The notes under the pieces were generated by a model, which saw only the letters and a program-made list of their open reading frames with translations, was not told the origin of the DNA and searched no databases. Shown piece after piece: positions 9,981 through 19,489 of a stretch of 64,000 nt of DNA. The stretch's first letter is position 1. Each line of letters opens with the position of its first letter. A program made the position numbers and the translations under genes. The stretch comes from Vulcanimicrobiota bacterium (GTDB lineage Bacteria > Vulcanimicrobiota > Vulcanimicrobiia > Vulcanimicrobiales > Vulcanimicrobiaceae), in NCBI GenBank assembly GCA_963695225.1, contig OY968762.1:1408001-1472000 (forward strand). Reading direction: 5' to 3'.

Positions 9981-10559
9981 TCAGCGCAGGACGAATTCCC
10001 GGAAGAAGTACTCGTGGACCCGGTGATCCCGCGTCAGCTCAGGGTGGAACGCCGTGCCCATGACGTTCCCTTGGCGCACGAAGACGGGGTGGCCGCCGTA
10101 CGACGCGAGGGTTTCGACGCCGGGGCCGGCACGCTCGACCCAGGGGGCGCGGATGAAGACGGCCGGGTAGGGTTTGGGGCCGAGCACCGGAATCGCGAGC
10201 GGGACTTCGGCGGATTCGACTTGACGGCCGAACGCGTTGCGGCGCACCGTGATGTCGATCAGATCGAGCGTCTTCTGTTCGAGGCCCGCGACGTCGCGGG
10301 CCGCCACGATCATGCCCATGCAGGTGCCCCAGAGCGGCATCCCGGCGCGCACGCGGTCCACGATCGGCTCGACGAGCCCGAAACGCTCGAGCAAGCGGAT
10401 GACCGTCGTCGACTCGCCGCCCGGGATCACGAGCGCGTCGACCGCCGCGAGGTCGCGCGCGTTTTTCACGGCGCCCGCGCGGGCGCCGGCCGCCTGCAGC
10501 GCATGGAGATGCTCGACGACGTCCCCTTGGACGGCGAGCACGCCGACGTTCGGTCTCAC
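9981..10559 (-). CDS. pdxT: pyridoxal 5'-phosphate synthase glutaminase subunit
   Basis: GVLAVQGD, IPGGESTT, GTCMG, RNAFGRQ, FHPEL. Confidence 0.95.
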   Translation of the reverse strand: MRPNVGVLAVQGDVVEHLHALQAAGARAGAVKNARDLAAVDALVIPGGESTTVIRLLERFGLVEPIVDRVRAGMPLWGTCMGMIVAARDVAGLEQKTLDLIDITVRRNAFGRQVESAEVPLAIPVLGPKPYPAVFIRAPWVERAGPGVETLASYGGHPVFVRQGNVMGTAFHPELTRDHRVHEYFFREFVLR

Positions 10560-10894
10560 TCCGGCGGCTTTACGCCCGCGTGGCCGCAACGATAATCGAA
10601 GCGATCGATCTTCGTCCCGATCGTGGGCTTGGAGTTCTCGTCGATGCGGTAACGCGTGTTCGAAGCGGCGGCGCGGAGCGCGCCGTCGACCCAATCGATG
10701 CGGCCGGAGCGCTCGTCGAAGCGGTAGCGGCCACGGGCGGTTCCGGCCGCGTACGTGCCGTTCGCGAGCAGCACGAACGTCCGCACGGGCGCGCTCGCGC
10801 TCTCGGCGCGCGCCGTGCACTGCCACTTTCCGAGCAATCGTTCGTCGGGCGGCGCGGCGAGCGCGGCCGCCACGAACGCGGCGGCGAGGATCAT
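10556..10894 (-). CDS. hypothetical secreted protein
   Basis: signal peptide-like N-terminus, two Cys; stop overlaps the pdxT start (GTGA). Confidence 0.65.
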   Translation of the reverse strand: MILAAAFVAAALAAPPDERLLGKWQCTARAESASAPVRTFVLLANGTYAAGTARGRYRFDERSGRIDWVDGALRAAASNTRYRIDENSKPTIGTKIDRFDYRCGHAGVKPPE

Positions 10895-10903
10895 CGGCTC
10901 GCG

Positions 10904-11809
10904 CTAGATCCCGCGGGAGGAGAGCATCTCGTTCTCCTGGAGTTTGCGCAGGTCGAGCCCTTCCATCGCCGTCCCGGCGAGCGCCTTGTGCGCCGCGACG
11001 ACGACGGCCGCGTCTTCGTAATGCGTCGCCGCGTCGACGATCGCTTTCGCGAACGCCGCGGGATTCGACGATTTGAAGATCCCGCTTCCGACGAACAGCC
11101 CCTCCGCGCCGAGTTGCATCATCAGCGCGGCGTCGGCCGGCGTCGAGATGCCTCCGGCGCAGAACAGCACGACCGGCAGCTTCTTGGCCTTGGCGACTTC
11201 GCGGACGAGCTCGTACGGCGCGCCCAGATCGCGCGCACGCACCACGAGCTCCTCTTCGGGAACGGCCGCGAGCTCGTTGATGCCGTCCCGGATCGCGCGC
11301 ATATGGCGCACGGCCTCGACGATGTTTCCGCTCCCGGCTTCGCCCTTGCTGCGGATCATCGCCGAGCCCTCGGCGATGCGGCGCAACGCCTCGCCGAGAT
11401 CGCGCGCTCCGTTGACGAACGGGACGCGGTACTCGTTCTTGTTGATATGGTACTTGTCGTCGGCGGGCGTGAGGACTTCGGATTCGTCGATGAAATCGAC
11501 CCCGAGCTCTTCCAGGCAACGCGCCTCGCCGATGTGCCCGATGCGCACCTTCGCCATCACGGGGATCGTGACGGCGTCCATGATCCTTTGCACGAGCGCG
11601 AGGTCGCTCATTCGCGCCACGCCGCCCATCGCGCGAATGTCGGCCGGGATGCGTTCGAGCGCCATCACGGCGACCGCCCCGGCCTCTTGCGCGATGAGCG
11701 CCTGCTCCGGCGTGACGACGTCCATGATGACGCCGCCCTTGAGCATCTGAGCGAGCCCACGCTTGACCTTGACCGTCCCCTTCGAAGGAGCCTTTTCGTT
11801 CCCGTTCAC
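10904..11809 (-). CDS. pdxS: pyridoxal 5'-phosphate synthase lyase subunit
   Basis: [48 protein letters not shown]. Confidence 0.97.
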   Translation of the reverse strand: MNGNEKAPSKGTVKVKRGLAQMLKGGVIMDVVTPEQALIAQEAGAVAVMALERIPADIRAMGGVARMSDLALVQRIMDAVTIPVMAKVRIGHIGEARCLEELGVDFIDESEVLTPADDKYHINKNEYRVPFVNGARDLGEALRRIAEGSAMIRSKGEAGSGNIVEAVRHMRAIRDGINELAAVPEEELVVRARDLGAPYELVREVAKAKKLPVVLFCAGGISTPADAALMMQLGAEGLFVGSGIFKSSNPAAFAKAIVDAATHYEDAAVVVAAHKALAGTAMEGLDLRKLQENEMLSSRGI

Positions 11810-11873
11810 CGAGCAAACCCTCCAGTGTTCCTATCGTATGCTTTCGGCTCAATAGGTACAATAGGAACACTTA

Positions 11874-12290
11874 TCAAGGGCCGCGCTCCGTGTGGCTCGC
11901 CGACTCGACCGCCTCGGGACCGGGGTACGGCGTATCCGCGACCGGCGAGGGAGGCCGCGGGGGCGGGGTATGCAGCCTCGGCGTCGGCTTGGGAACCGGG
12001 CGTGCGGTCGGCTCGGGCGTCGGCTCGGGGGTCACGCGCGGATCGGGGAAGGCCGGATCCGTCGCCACGCTCATCACCTGGACTTTCTTCCAGTTGACCT
12101 CGTCGTTCACGGCTCGCGTGCCGGCAGCCGGGACCGGCGTAACCATCACGTTTTGGGAAAAGCCGCCGTTACTGCCCGCGACTTGGCTGAGGACACGGTT
12201 GCCCATTGAATTGCCGATACCGATCGCGATCAATAATACGCCGCCACCGAGCACGAGCAGCCCCGACAAACCGATGCGAGGGGAAGCCAC
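11874..12290 (-). CDS. hypothetical membrane-anchored Pro-rich protein
   Basis: N-terminal TM helix, ATDPAFPDPR, then PT-rich tail. Confidence 0.7.
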   Translation of the reverse strand: MASPRIGLSGLLVLGGGVLLIAIGIGNSMGNRVLSQVAGSNGGFSQNVMVTPVPAAGTRAVNDEVNWKKVQVMSVATDPAFPDPRVTPEPTPEPTARPVPKPTPRLHTPPPRPPSPVADTPYPGPEAVESASHTERGP

Positions 12291-12383
12291 AACCTGACCC
12301 TATCGAGCAGCGACGCGCGCAGCCCTCCTTCCGCAACGCGAAACGGAAGGGGTCGGCCTGCGCGCGAGCGCACCGTAGCGCGA

Positions 12384-13244
12384 ATGCCCTCCGTTCGAGC
12401 CCCCGCGAAGCTGAACCTGACGCTCGAGATCCTCGGGCGCCGCGCCGACGGATACCACACGTTGCGCAGCGTGATGGTCCCGATCGGCTTGTACGACCGG
12501 CTCTCGTTCGAGCCCGCACCCGCGGCACGTTTCGAGTGCACGCCGCCGTCCCTCGCCAAGGACAATCTCGTCGTGCGCGCGCTCGAACGCGCCGGCGCCG
12601 GGCCGCTGCACGCGAAGCTGGAAAAGCACATCCCCGTCGGCGGCGGGCTCGGCGGCGGCTCGAGCGACGCGGCGGCGACGTTGATGCTCGCGGCGAGCGG
12701 CGCGCTCGGCCCAGTCACCGCGCAGGATTGGGTCGCAACCGCAGCCTCGCTCGGCTCCGACGTTCCGTTCTTCCTGTGCGGTACCGGCGCGCTCGTGGAA
12801 GGCGCCGGCGAACGCGTCACGGCGATCGGGAAGCTCCCGCGCTGGTGGTGTCTGCTCGCCCGTCCGCCGGCGGCCGTAAATACTGCAGACGCGTACCGGC
12901 TCTTCGACTCTTCCCGTTCCGCGGACGCGTCCAGCCGCCCCCGTGCGAACAGCGTCTCGCTCGCGGCCGTCGACGCCCTGCAGCGGCGCGATTTCGACGC
13001 GTTGCACGCGTCGCTCTCGAACGATTTCCACGACGTCATCCTCTCCGCGTATCCCGCGATCGCGCACGCGCACGGCGCGCTTCGCGACGCGGGAGCGCCG
13101 AAAGTGCTGCTCAGCGGCTCCGGTTCGTGCCTCTTCGCGCTTTTCGAGAGCGAGTTCGCGGCGCGTTCCGTGGCGGACCGCTGCGCTCCCGGAGCGGGCG
13201 AGATCTCCGTCGTCCCGCTGGTCAGCGACGAGCGCTGGCGGTGA
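12384..13244 (+). CDS. ispE: 4-diphosphocytidyl-2-C-methyl-D-erythritol kinase
   Basis: APAKLNL, DGYH, KHIPVGGGLGGGSSDAA, GSDVPFF, SGSGS. Confidence 0.95.
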   Translation: MPSVRAPAKLNLTLEILGRRADGYHTLRSVMVPIGLYDRLSFEPAPAARFECTPPSLAKDNLVVRALERAGAGPLHAKLEKHIPVGGGLGGGSSDAAATLMLAASGALGPVTAQDWVATAASLGSDVPFFLCGTGALVEGAGERVTAIGKLPRWWCLLARPPAAVNTADAYRLFDSSRSADASSRPRANSVSLAAVDALQRRDFDALHASLSNDFHDVILSAYPAIAHAHGALRDAGAPKVLLSGSGSCLFALFESEFAARSVADRCAPGAGEISVVPLVSDERWR

Positions 13245-14017
13245 ACGCGGTCGTCCTCGCCGGGGGTGGTCGCGACGAAGTGAGCGCGCAGACGGCGGGC
13301 GCCGCGAATAAGGCGTTCGTGCCGATCCTGGGCCGCACGCTCGTCGAACGGACGCTCGCCGCGTTGCGCGACGTCCCCGCGATCGAACGCATCGTCGTCG
13401 TCGCGCCGCGCGAAACGCACGGGGAGCCGGCGCTCGCGCTCGCCGACGAATGCCGCCTCGACGGCAAGCGGATCGGCGACAGCTTGCGCTTCGGCCTCGC
13501 GGGCGCGCCTCCCGACGACTTGCTGCTAGTCGCGGCTTCGGATCTCCCGATCCTCACCCGCGCCTCGCTCGAAGAATTCATCGCGCTCGCGCGGGCGCGC
13601 GACGCCGACCTGTCCTACGCGTGCCTGGGGAAAGCGGCGCACGTCGCGCGCTTCCCGGAGGCGCCGCACACCTGGGCGAAGCTGCGCGAAGGGCAGTTCT
13701 GCGGCGGCGGCGTCGTCGCGCTGCGTCCCCGCATCCTCCGGAGCCTCGAGCTGTTCATCGAGCGCCTCGGCGCCGCGCGGAAGAATCCGCTCGCGCTCGC
13801 TTCGATCTTCGGATACGACACGCTGGCGCAGTACGCGCTCGGACGCCTCTCGATCCGCACTGCCGAAAAGCGCGCGAGCATGCTGCTCGGGGCGCCCGTC
13901 GCCGCGGTGGTGTGCACGCACGCGGAGATCGCGTTCAACGTCGATCGCGCGAGCGACGTCGCCCTCGCCGAGAGGTACGCCGCCCGAATGCAGCGCGCCG
14001 CGCGCAGCGATGGGTAG
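13241..14017 (+). CDS. MobA-like NTP transferase family protein
   Basis: NAVVLAGG..NKAFVPI, ASDLP, NVDR; GTGA coupling to ispE. Confidence 0.8.
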   Translation: MNAVVLAGGGRDEVSAQTAGAANKAFVPILGRTLVERTLAALRDVPAIERIVVVAPRETHGEPALALADECRLDGKRIGDSLRFGLAGAPPDDLLLVAASDLPILTRASLEEFIALARARDADLSYACLGKAAHVARFPEAPHTWAKLREGQFCGGGVVALRPRILRSLELFIERLGAARKNPLALASIFGYDTLAQYALGRLSIRTAEKRASMLLGAPVAAVVCTHAEIAFNVDRASDVALAERYAARMQRAARSDG

Positions 14018-14624
14018 GCGAACGCCCCGGCTCGCGCTCCGCTCGCTCCTGCTCGGTGCGCTGCTCGCGAGCGCCCCCGCGGCGCCCCCGGCCTTCGCGG
14101 CGGGTTCGCCGCTCGTCCTCGATACGGCCCACTCGAGCGCCCGGTTCTCCGTCCAGCACCTCGTCCTCACGAGCGTAACGGGGACGATCAAGATCGCGTC
14201 GGTCGAGCTGACGACGCAAGCCGGGTCGCCGATTCCGAGTGCGGTGAACGCGACGCTCGACGCGGCCACGATCGATACGCAGGAGCCGCAACGCGACAAG
14301 GCCTTGAACGGGTCAGACTGGCTCGACACCGCCGCCTATCCGACGATCGCTTTCGAGAGCACGAAGATCGCCGGCAAGGATCCCAATCACTTCACGATCC
14401 AAGGACGGCTGACGCTGCACGGCGTGACGAAACCCACCGTGCTCGAAGCCCGCTACACCGGCGCGGTCGCCGACGCGAGCGGACGGCAGCACGTCGGCTA
14501 CGCCGCGACGGGGAAGATCGACCGGCGCGACTTCAACCTGAATTGGTCGCGCATCATGCCGGCGGGGGACCCGATCGTCGGGAACGACGTGACGCTCGAC
14601 CTCGAGCTCGAGTTCGTTCGCTGA
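14010..14624 (+). CDS. YceI family protein
   Basis: LDTAHSSARFSVQHL, RD..L...DWLD..AYPTI, GRLTLHGVTK, IDRRDF. Confidence 0.9.
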   Translation: MGRRTPRLALRSLLLGALLASAPAAPPAFAAGSPLVLDTAHSSARFSVQHLVLTSVTGTIKIASVELTTQAGSPIPSAVNATLDAATIDTQEPQRDKALNGSDWLDTAAYPTIAFESTKIAGKDPNHFTIQGRLTLHGVTKPTVLEARYTGAVADASGRQHVGYAATGKIDRRDFNLNWSRIMPAGDPIVGNDVTLDLELEFVR

Positions 14625-14627
14625 GGG

Positions 14628-15185
14628 TTACTTCCAGCGCGTGAAGAGATCGTTCGGGATTCCGAACTGGTCGAGCGCCTTCCCGACCGTGTGCGCGATG
14701 ACGTCGTCGACGGTTTTCGGGCGCGCGTACATCCCCGGTATCGGCGGCAAGATGACGGCTCCGGTTTCGGCGAGTTGCGTAAGCGTCCGCAGGTGCCCGA
14801 GGTGCAGCGGCGTCTCGCGCACGACGAGCACGAGCGTGCGCCGTTCCTTGAGGCAGACGTCGGCCGCCCGGACGAGCAGGTTCGCATTGAACGAATTCGC
14901 GATCGCGGCGGCGCTCTTCATCGAGCACGGGATGACGAGCATCCCGTCGGTGCGGAACGAGCCGCTCGAGATCGCGGCGGCGAGATCCTCGTCGCGATAC
15001 GTCACGTCGGCGAGCGCTTCGAAATCCGCAGCCGTCAGATCGGTCTCCAGCTCGATCGTGCGGCGCGCTTGGGCGCTCACGACGAGGTGGGTTTCGACGT
15101 CGCCGGCGGCGCGCAGCGCGCGGAGCGCCGCGAACGCGTAAAGGCTCCCGCTCGCGCCGGAGACGCCGACGATGATCTTGCGCAT
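14628..15185 (-). CDS. ubiX: flavin prenyltransferase
   Basis: GVSGASG, ISSGS, PCSMKS, RAADVCLKERR, RETP. Confidence 0.95.
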   Translation of the reverse strand: MRKIIVGVSGASGSLYAFAALRALRAAGDVETHLVVSAQARRTIELETDLTAADFEALADVTYRDEDLAAAISSGSFRTDGMLVIPCSMKSAAAIANSFNANLLVRAADVCLKERRTLVLVVRETPLHLGHLRTLTQLAETGAVILPPIPGMYARPKTVDDVIAHTVGKALDQFGIPNDLFTRWK

Positions 15186-15294
15186 GAGGACTCCTTCCGC
15201 GGGTTCGACGCCGCCCCCGCCCGTTCGTGCTCCGCCGCCGCGCGACGGAAGGACCTCCGAGGTTCGCGCGAGGCGAAGCGCGCAGTACTGCGCG

Positions 15295-16719
15295 ATGCCC
15301 TCGTTCTCCGCGCGCTTGGCCGACTTTCTCGCGACCGCGATCCGTTACGCCGCGCACGCTCGCGAGGAAGAGCCCGAGCGGCTCCTCTGCTCGCCGTTTT
15401 CCGGAATCGGGCGCCCCGACGCGCGCGCGCTCGCGGTGGCGGCGCACCGCCGGGGTCGCTTCGTCGAGGCGCTGGCGGCGGAACTCGTCCCGCTCGGCTC
15501 CGAAGCGCGGCGCGCGCTGGCGCGCTTCTGCGCCGGACTCTCGCGGAGCGTAGCGGACTTTCGCGCGCAGGGTTCCACCCGCCGCGAGTTGCTGGCAGTG
15601 ATCGCGCTCGCGTTCGAACTCGACGCCGGCCTCGACGAAAGCGAGCGCGCGACCCTGCGCGAAGTCGAGGCGCTCGCCGCCGCTCTCGACGCGGCGCAGG
15701 AGGCCGCGGCCGCCTGGGATCCCGACGCGTTCGCCGGCGCGATCGAGGCGCTCGCCGCCGCCCGCGCCGGCGCCGCGGACGTTCCGGCGCCGCATCCGCT
15801 CCCCGCGCTCGAGCCCGAGCGGCGCGCCCCCGTCCCGCGGCGGCGCGGGCACTTCAGCGCGTCGTCGCTCGGCATATACGCGGAATGCCCGCGCAAATGG
15901 TATTACCGCTACGTCTGCGCCTGTGTCGAAGACCCGGGTTCGTCGGCCTCGTATTACGGGACGGCGTTCCACTTCGCGCTCGAGAACTTTCACAAGACCT
16001 ATGCACGCGGCGACGCGGCGCCCGCCCGGACGCTGGAGGCGGCGCTCGACGGCTGGATCGGGACGGCGTTCGAGCGCTATCGCATCGGTTTCGAGACGAA
16101 CGTCGAGTTCGAATTGCAACTCCGCCGGGCGCGCCGCACCGCGAAGCGCTACCTCGCATGGTTCCTCGAACGATCTCGCGCGCGCCCGTTCACGGTGATC
16201 GGAACCGAAGCCGCGGCAAGCTTGAAGCTCGACGGCTACGACTTCATCGGCTACATCGACCGGCTCGACCGCGACGACGCGACGGGCGCGGTCAGCGTGA
16301 TCGATTACAAGACGGGTTCCATCGCCACGAGCGCCGCCGAGTATCGCGCCGCCGTCGCGGACTACGTCGATTTCCAGCTGCCGTTCTACTACTGGGCGCG
16401 CACCGCGGCGGGCGACCGCGTCACGCGCCTCGCGCTCGTCCCGCTCAAGGACGCGCTGCTCGACGTCGTCCCCATCGAACTCGAAGTGGTCCCGGTCGCT
16501 CGCGCGCCGCTCCGGCGCGACTTTGGACCCGTCGGAACCATCGGGATCGACGAACTCGAGCGAGCGCGCACCCGCATGATCGAACTCGCCCGGACGCTCT
16601 CCGACGATCCGATCGAACGCTTCCCGGCCGCGGACGACTGCGAGGCCTGCACGTATTGCGCCTACCGCAACGCCTGCCGCGAGCGCCCGCTCGTCCACGA
16701 AGAGCGGTTCGGCCGGTGA
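15295..16719 (+). CDS. PD-(D/E)XK nuclease, RecB/AddB-like, with Fe-S cysteines
   Basis: SASSL...ECPRKWYY, GTAFH, GYIDRLD, IDYKTG, QLPFY, C-x2-C-x5-C tail; start approximate. Confidence 0.85.
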   Translation: MPSFSARLADFLATAIRYAAHAREEEPERLLCSPFSGIGRPDARALAVAAHRRGRFVEALAAELVPLGSEARRALARFCAGLSRSVADFRAQGSTRRELLAVIALAFELDAGLDESERATLREVEALAAALDAAQEAAAAWDPDAFAGAIEALAAARAGAADVPAPHPLPALEPERRAPVPRRRGHFSASSLGIYAECPRKWYYRYVCACVEDPGSSASYYGTAFHFALENFHKTYARGDAAPARTLEAALDGWIGTAFERYRIGFETNVEFELQLRRARRTAKRYLAWFLERSRARPFTVIGTEAAASLKLDGYDFIGYIDRLDRDDATGAVSVIDYKTGSIATSAAEYRAAVADYVDFQLPFYYWARTAAGDRVTRLALVPLKDALLDVVPIELEVVPVARAPLRRDFGPVGTIGIDELERARTRMIELARTLSDDPIERFPAADDCEACTYCAYRNACRERPLVHEERFGR

Positions 16720-18932
16720 ACCTGCTCGCGCCGGGGCTCGACCCCGAACAGCAGGCCGCGATCGAGCGCCCCTTCGAAGGGCCCGCGTTCGCGATCACGG
16801 GCGCGCCCGGGACCGGGAAGACGTTCGCGCTCGTCCTGCGCGCGGAGCGCGCCGCGGCGGCGGGCGCGGCGCTCCTGACCGCGCCGACCGCGCACGCGCT
16901 CGCCGCGTTGCGAGCCGCGCGCGCCGAACGGGACCGGCCCGCGGGCCTCGCGGTGCGGGCGTTGCCGGACGTGGCGTTCGAGATCCTCGCCGCCGCGGGG
17001 CGGGACGTGCGCCGCATCGACGACGTGGAGGGAGCGCGCCGCTTCGCCGCGGTGGCCGCCGGCCTCTTCTCGCTCGACTGGCTGGAATTCACCCCCACGC
17101 TCGACGAGCAGGGCGCGGGCATCGATCCCGAGATCACGGGTTTGCGCGCTCCTGAACGCTTCTGCGCCGCCGCGTACCGGCTCGTCCGCAAGCTGCGAGG
17201 CGCGGGCATCGCGCCGGCCGATTTCCGGCGCGACGCGTTCCGCGGCGCGACGCAATTCTACGGCGGCGGCGCGCGCCTCGCCGACCCGGCGCTGATCGTC
17301 GACACGCCGGAGAAATACCGTGATTCGCTCGTCGTCGACGCGCGCGAGCTCGCACGGCAGCACTCCCGCGAAATCGACTTGATCAAGATCCTCGCGAAAC
17401 TGTACGAGGCGTATCTCGCCGATCTCGCCGAAGCCGGCGTCGCGACGGAGGGCGAGGCGCTCGCCGCCGCCGCGGAGGTGCTCGCGCACGATGCGCGCGC
17501 GCGCGCGCGCGCCGCGCGGGTCGGCCCCGTCAACATCGACCAAGCGGAGGACCTCGACGCCGCGGCGTGGGCCTTCGCTTGCGCGCTGCGCGCCCCGGAC
17601 GGCGCGGGGCTCACGCTCGCCGGCGATCCGGATCAAGCGACGCGCACGTTCGCGGGCGCGTGCGGCGCGTCCGTGCTCGCCAAGCTGCCGCGCATCGAGC
17701 TGACGCGGCCGCACGGGCGAGACCCCGCGCTCGTCGCGGCGGCGCGCCGGGCGCTCGCGACGGGAGGCGCACAAGCGGCCTCGGCCGCGCTCGAGTTCCT
17801 CCCGCGGCAAGAGCACAAGCGCGACGAGGCTCGCGAAGTCGCCCGCCGCGTGGCGGCGCTGCTCGCAGAAGGCGTTGCGCCCTCCGAGATCGCGATCGTC
17901 ACGCGCACGCTGCGCACGGCGGACCCGTACCTGCGCGCGCTCTTGGCGCGCGACGTCCCCGTCGAAATGCACGGCGACGCCGATCTGTACGAGTTGCCCG
18001 TCGTGGGGGACGCACTCGCCGTCCTCTGGGCGCTCGCCGATCCGTTCCGCCACGATTGGCTGCTGCGCAATCTCGAAGCGCCGTGGTTGAACCTGAGCGA
18101 TGCGACGATCGCGCTGCTCTGCGCCGAACCGAGCGACCCGCAGCGCCTGCTCTTCGCCGTCCCGGAGAGCGACGAAGAGACGGGGCGAAATCGCTGGGAT
18201 CGCAACCGCGATCTCCGGCTGGGGCGCAACGTCATGCGCGGGGACCGCGATAACGAACTTCCCGAGGTCGCGCGCGAACGGCTCGTCGCATTTCGCGCGG
18301 CGCTGGCCCGATACGAGCGGCTCGAACGGACGGCGAGCCTCGCGGCGCTCGCGCGCTGCATGCTGGAGGATACGGTCCTCGCCGCCGCCGGGAGCGGCGC
18401 TTCGGCCCGTTTCGCGCGGGCCGCATGCGAACGTTTGCTCGGCCGCGTCGGACGCTTTGCGGCGGAGCATCCGCTCGCGAGCCTGTGGGATTTCCTGCGC
18501 GCCGCGGAATCGGAGCGCGAGGCCGACGGCGAGTTGATCGAACTCGAAGCGGGGAGCTTCGATCCCGCCCCCACCGTCAGCTTGTGCAGCGTCGACGCCG
18601 CGAAGGGGCGCACGTTCGCGCACGTCTTCGTCGTCGATCTGCGCGCGGGTGCGTTCCCGCGCTATTACGTCCCCGATGCGTTCCTGTACACGCCGCGCTT
18701 CGGCATCGTGCCGAAAGAGAACGTCGGGGACGCGAAGGCCGCGCGGACGGCGAAGTTCACGTACGTCCTCTCGAAGATCGCCGCCCGCGAGAATTACAAC
18801 AAACAAGAGCGCCGCGCGCTCTACGCGGCCGCCTCGCGCGCCCGCGAGCGCCTGACGCTGAGCGCTTCCGGCCGGCCGACGCGCGGCATCTCCGCTCCCG
18901 AATTCTACGAGGAGCTCCGTCCGCGCGCGTAG
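16716..18932 (+). CDS. UvrD/AddA-like SF1 helicase (degenerate Walker B)
   Basis: LDPEQQAAI, GAPGTGKT, AGDPDQ, AAKGRTF, ERRALYAAASRARERL. Confidence 0.85.
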   Translation: MNLLAPGLDPEQQAAIERPFEGPAFAITGAPGTGKTFALVLRAERAAAAGAALLTAPTAHALAALRAARAERDRPAGLAVRALPDVAFEILAAAGRDVRRIDDVEGARRFAAVAAGLFSLDWLEFTPTLDEQGAGIDPEITGLRAPERFCAAAYRLVRKLRGAGIAPADFRRDAFRGATQFYGGGARLADPALIVDTPEKYRDSLVVDARELARQHSREIDLIKILAKLYEAYLADLAEAGVATEGEALAAAAEVLAHDARARARAARVGPVNIDQAEDLDAAAWAFACALRAPDGAGLTLAGDPDQATRTFAGACGASVLAKLPRIELTRPHGRDPALVAAARRALATGGAQAASAALEFLPRQEHKRDEAREVARRVAALLAEGVAPSEIAIVTRTLRTADPYLRALLARDVPVEMHGDADLYELPVVGDALAVLWALADPFRHDWLLRNLEAPWLNLSDATIALLCAEPSDPQRLLFAVPESDEETGRNRWDRNRDLRLGRNVMRGDRDNELPEVARERLVAFRAALARYERLERTASLAALARCMLEDTVLAAAGSGASARFARAACERLLGRVGRFAAEHPLASLWDFLRAAESEREADGELIELEAGSFDPAPTVSLCSVDAAKGRTFAHVFVVDLRAGAFPRYYVPDAFLYTPRFGIVPKENVGDAKAARTAKFTYVLSKIAARENYNKQERRALYAAASRARERLTLSASGRPTRGISAPEFYEELRPRA

Positions 18933-18947
18933 CCCGGCTCCGCGCCG

Positions 18948-19283
18948 TTATTCGCGCCCGAAGGAGCGAAGGTACTGCAGCCGGCCGGGCGGGAGCAGAT
19001 CGATCTCGTCGGCCTCGAACGTGCCGTCCCGGTTGTCGTGGCCGACGACGCGGACAGGCATCCCGTTGGCGAGCGTGAGCCCCGTCGGCCGGATCACGGT
19101 GCCGTTGTGGAGCGACATGTGCGGACCCCGATCGAGTTGCAGGTTATACGGCTGGAAGTTGACGACGCGGCCGAGCCGCTCGTACTCGTGAGCGTTGTAG
19201 TAGGGCAGCTCCGCGCCGGCGATGCGCGGGATGCAAAAGGCGGCGGCGGCGGCGAGGATGGGAAGGACGTTGCGTGCGTTCAT
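18948..19283 (-). CDS. hypothetical small secreted protein (OB-fold/DUF5666-like)
   Basis: signal peptide; G.PVRVVG....GTFEADEI; SD GAGAGG. Confidence 0.7.
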   Translation of the reverse strand: MNARNVLPILAAAAAFCIPRIAGAELPYYNAHEYERLGRVVNFQPYNLQLDRGPHMSLHNGTVIRPTGLTLANGMPVRVVGHDNRDGTFEADEIDLLPPGRLQYLRSFGRE

Positions 19284-19489
19284 GGCGGCCTCTCGGTTGG
19301 TTCGGGTGGGGATCGATGATGGTTATAACGCAGCCGGGCGCGCGTTCGCGCCTTTCAACGAAATTTCTCACCCGGCTCTCAGATTCGGCCGGGCGGAAGG
19401 CGCGGACCGCAAACCCCGAAACTACGGGCTGCGGCGCCGGGTCACGTAATCACACGCCCCCCATTCGATCGTCTTGCGGGTGAGGAATC

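Noticed and set aside
9981..11870. Apparent 629-aa ORF ending in PdxT
   Set aside because: An open shadow frame in high-GC DNA; pdxS and the small gene occupy other frames.
15295..16719. Cas4/CRISPR association of the Fe-S nuclease
   Set aside because: No cas genes or repeat-spacer array anywhere in the window.
14691..18932. 1413-aa giant helicase ORF
   Set aside because: The N-terminal 675 aa are an off-frame shadow over ubiX and the nuclease; the real start is the GTG at 16716.
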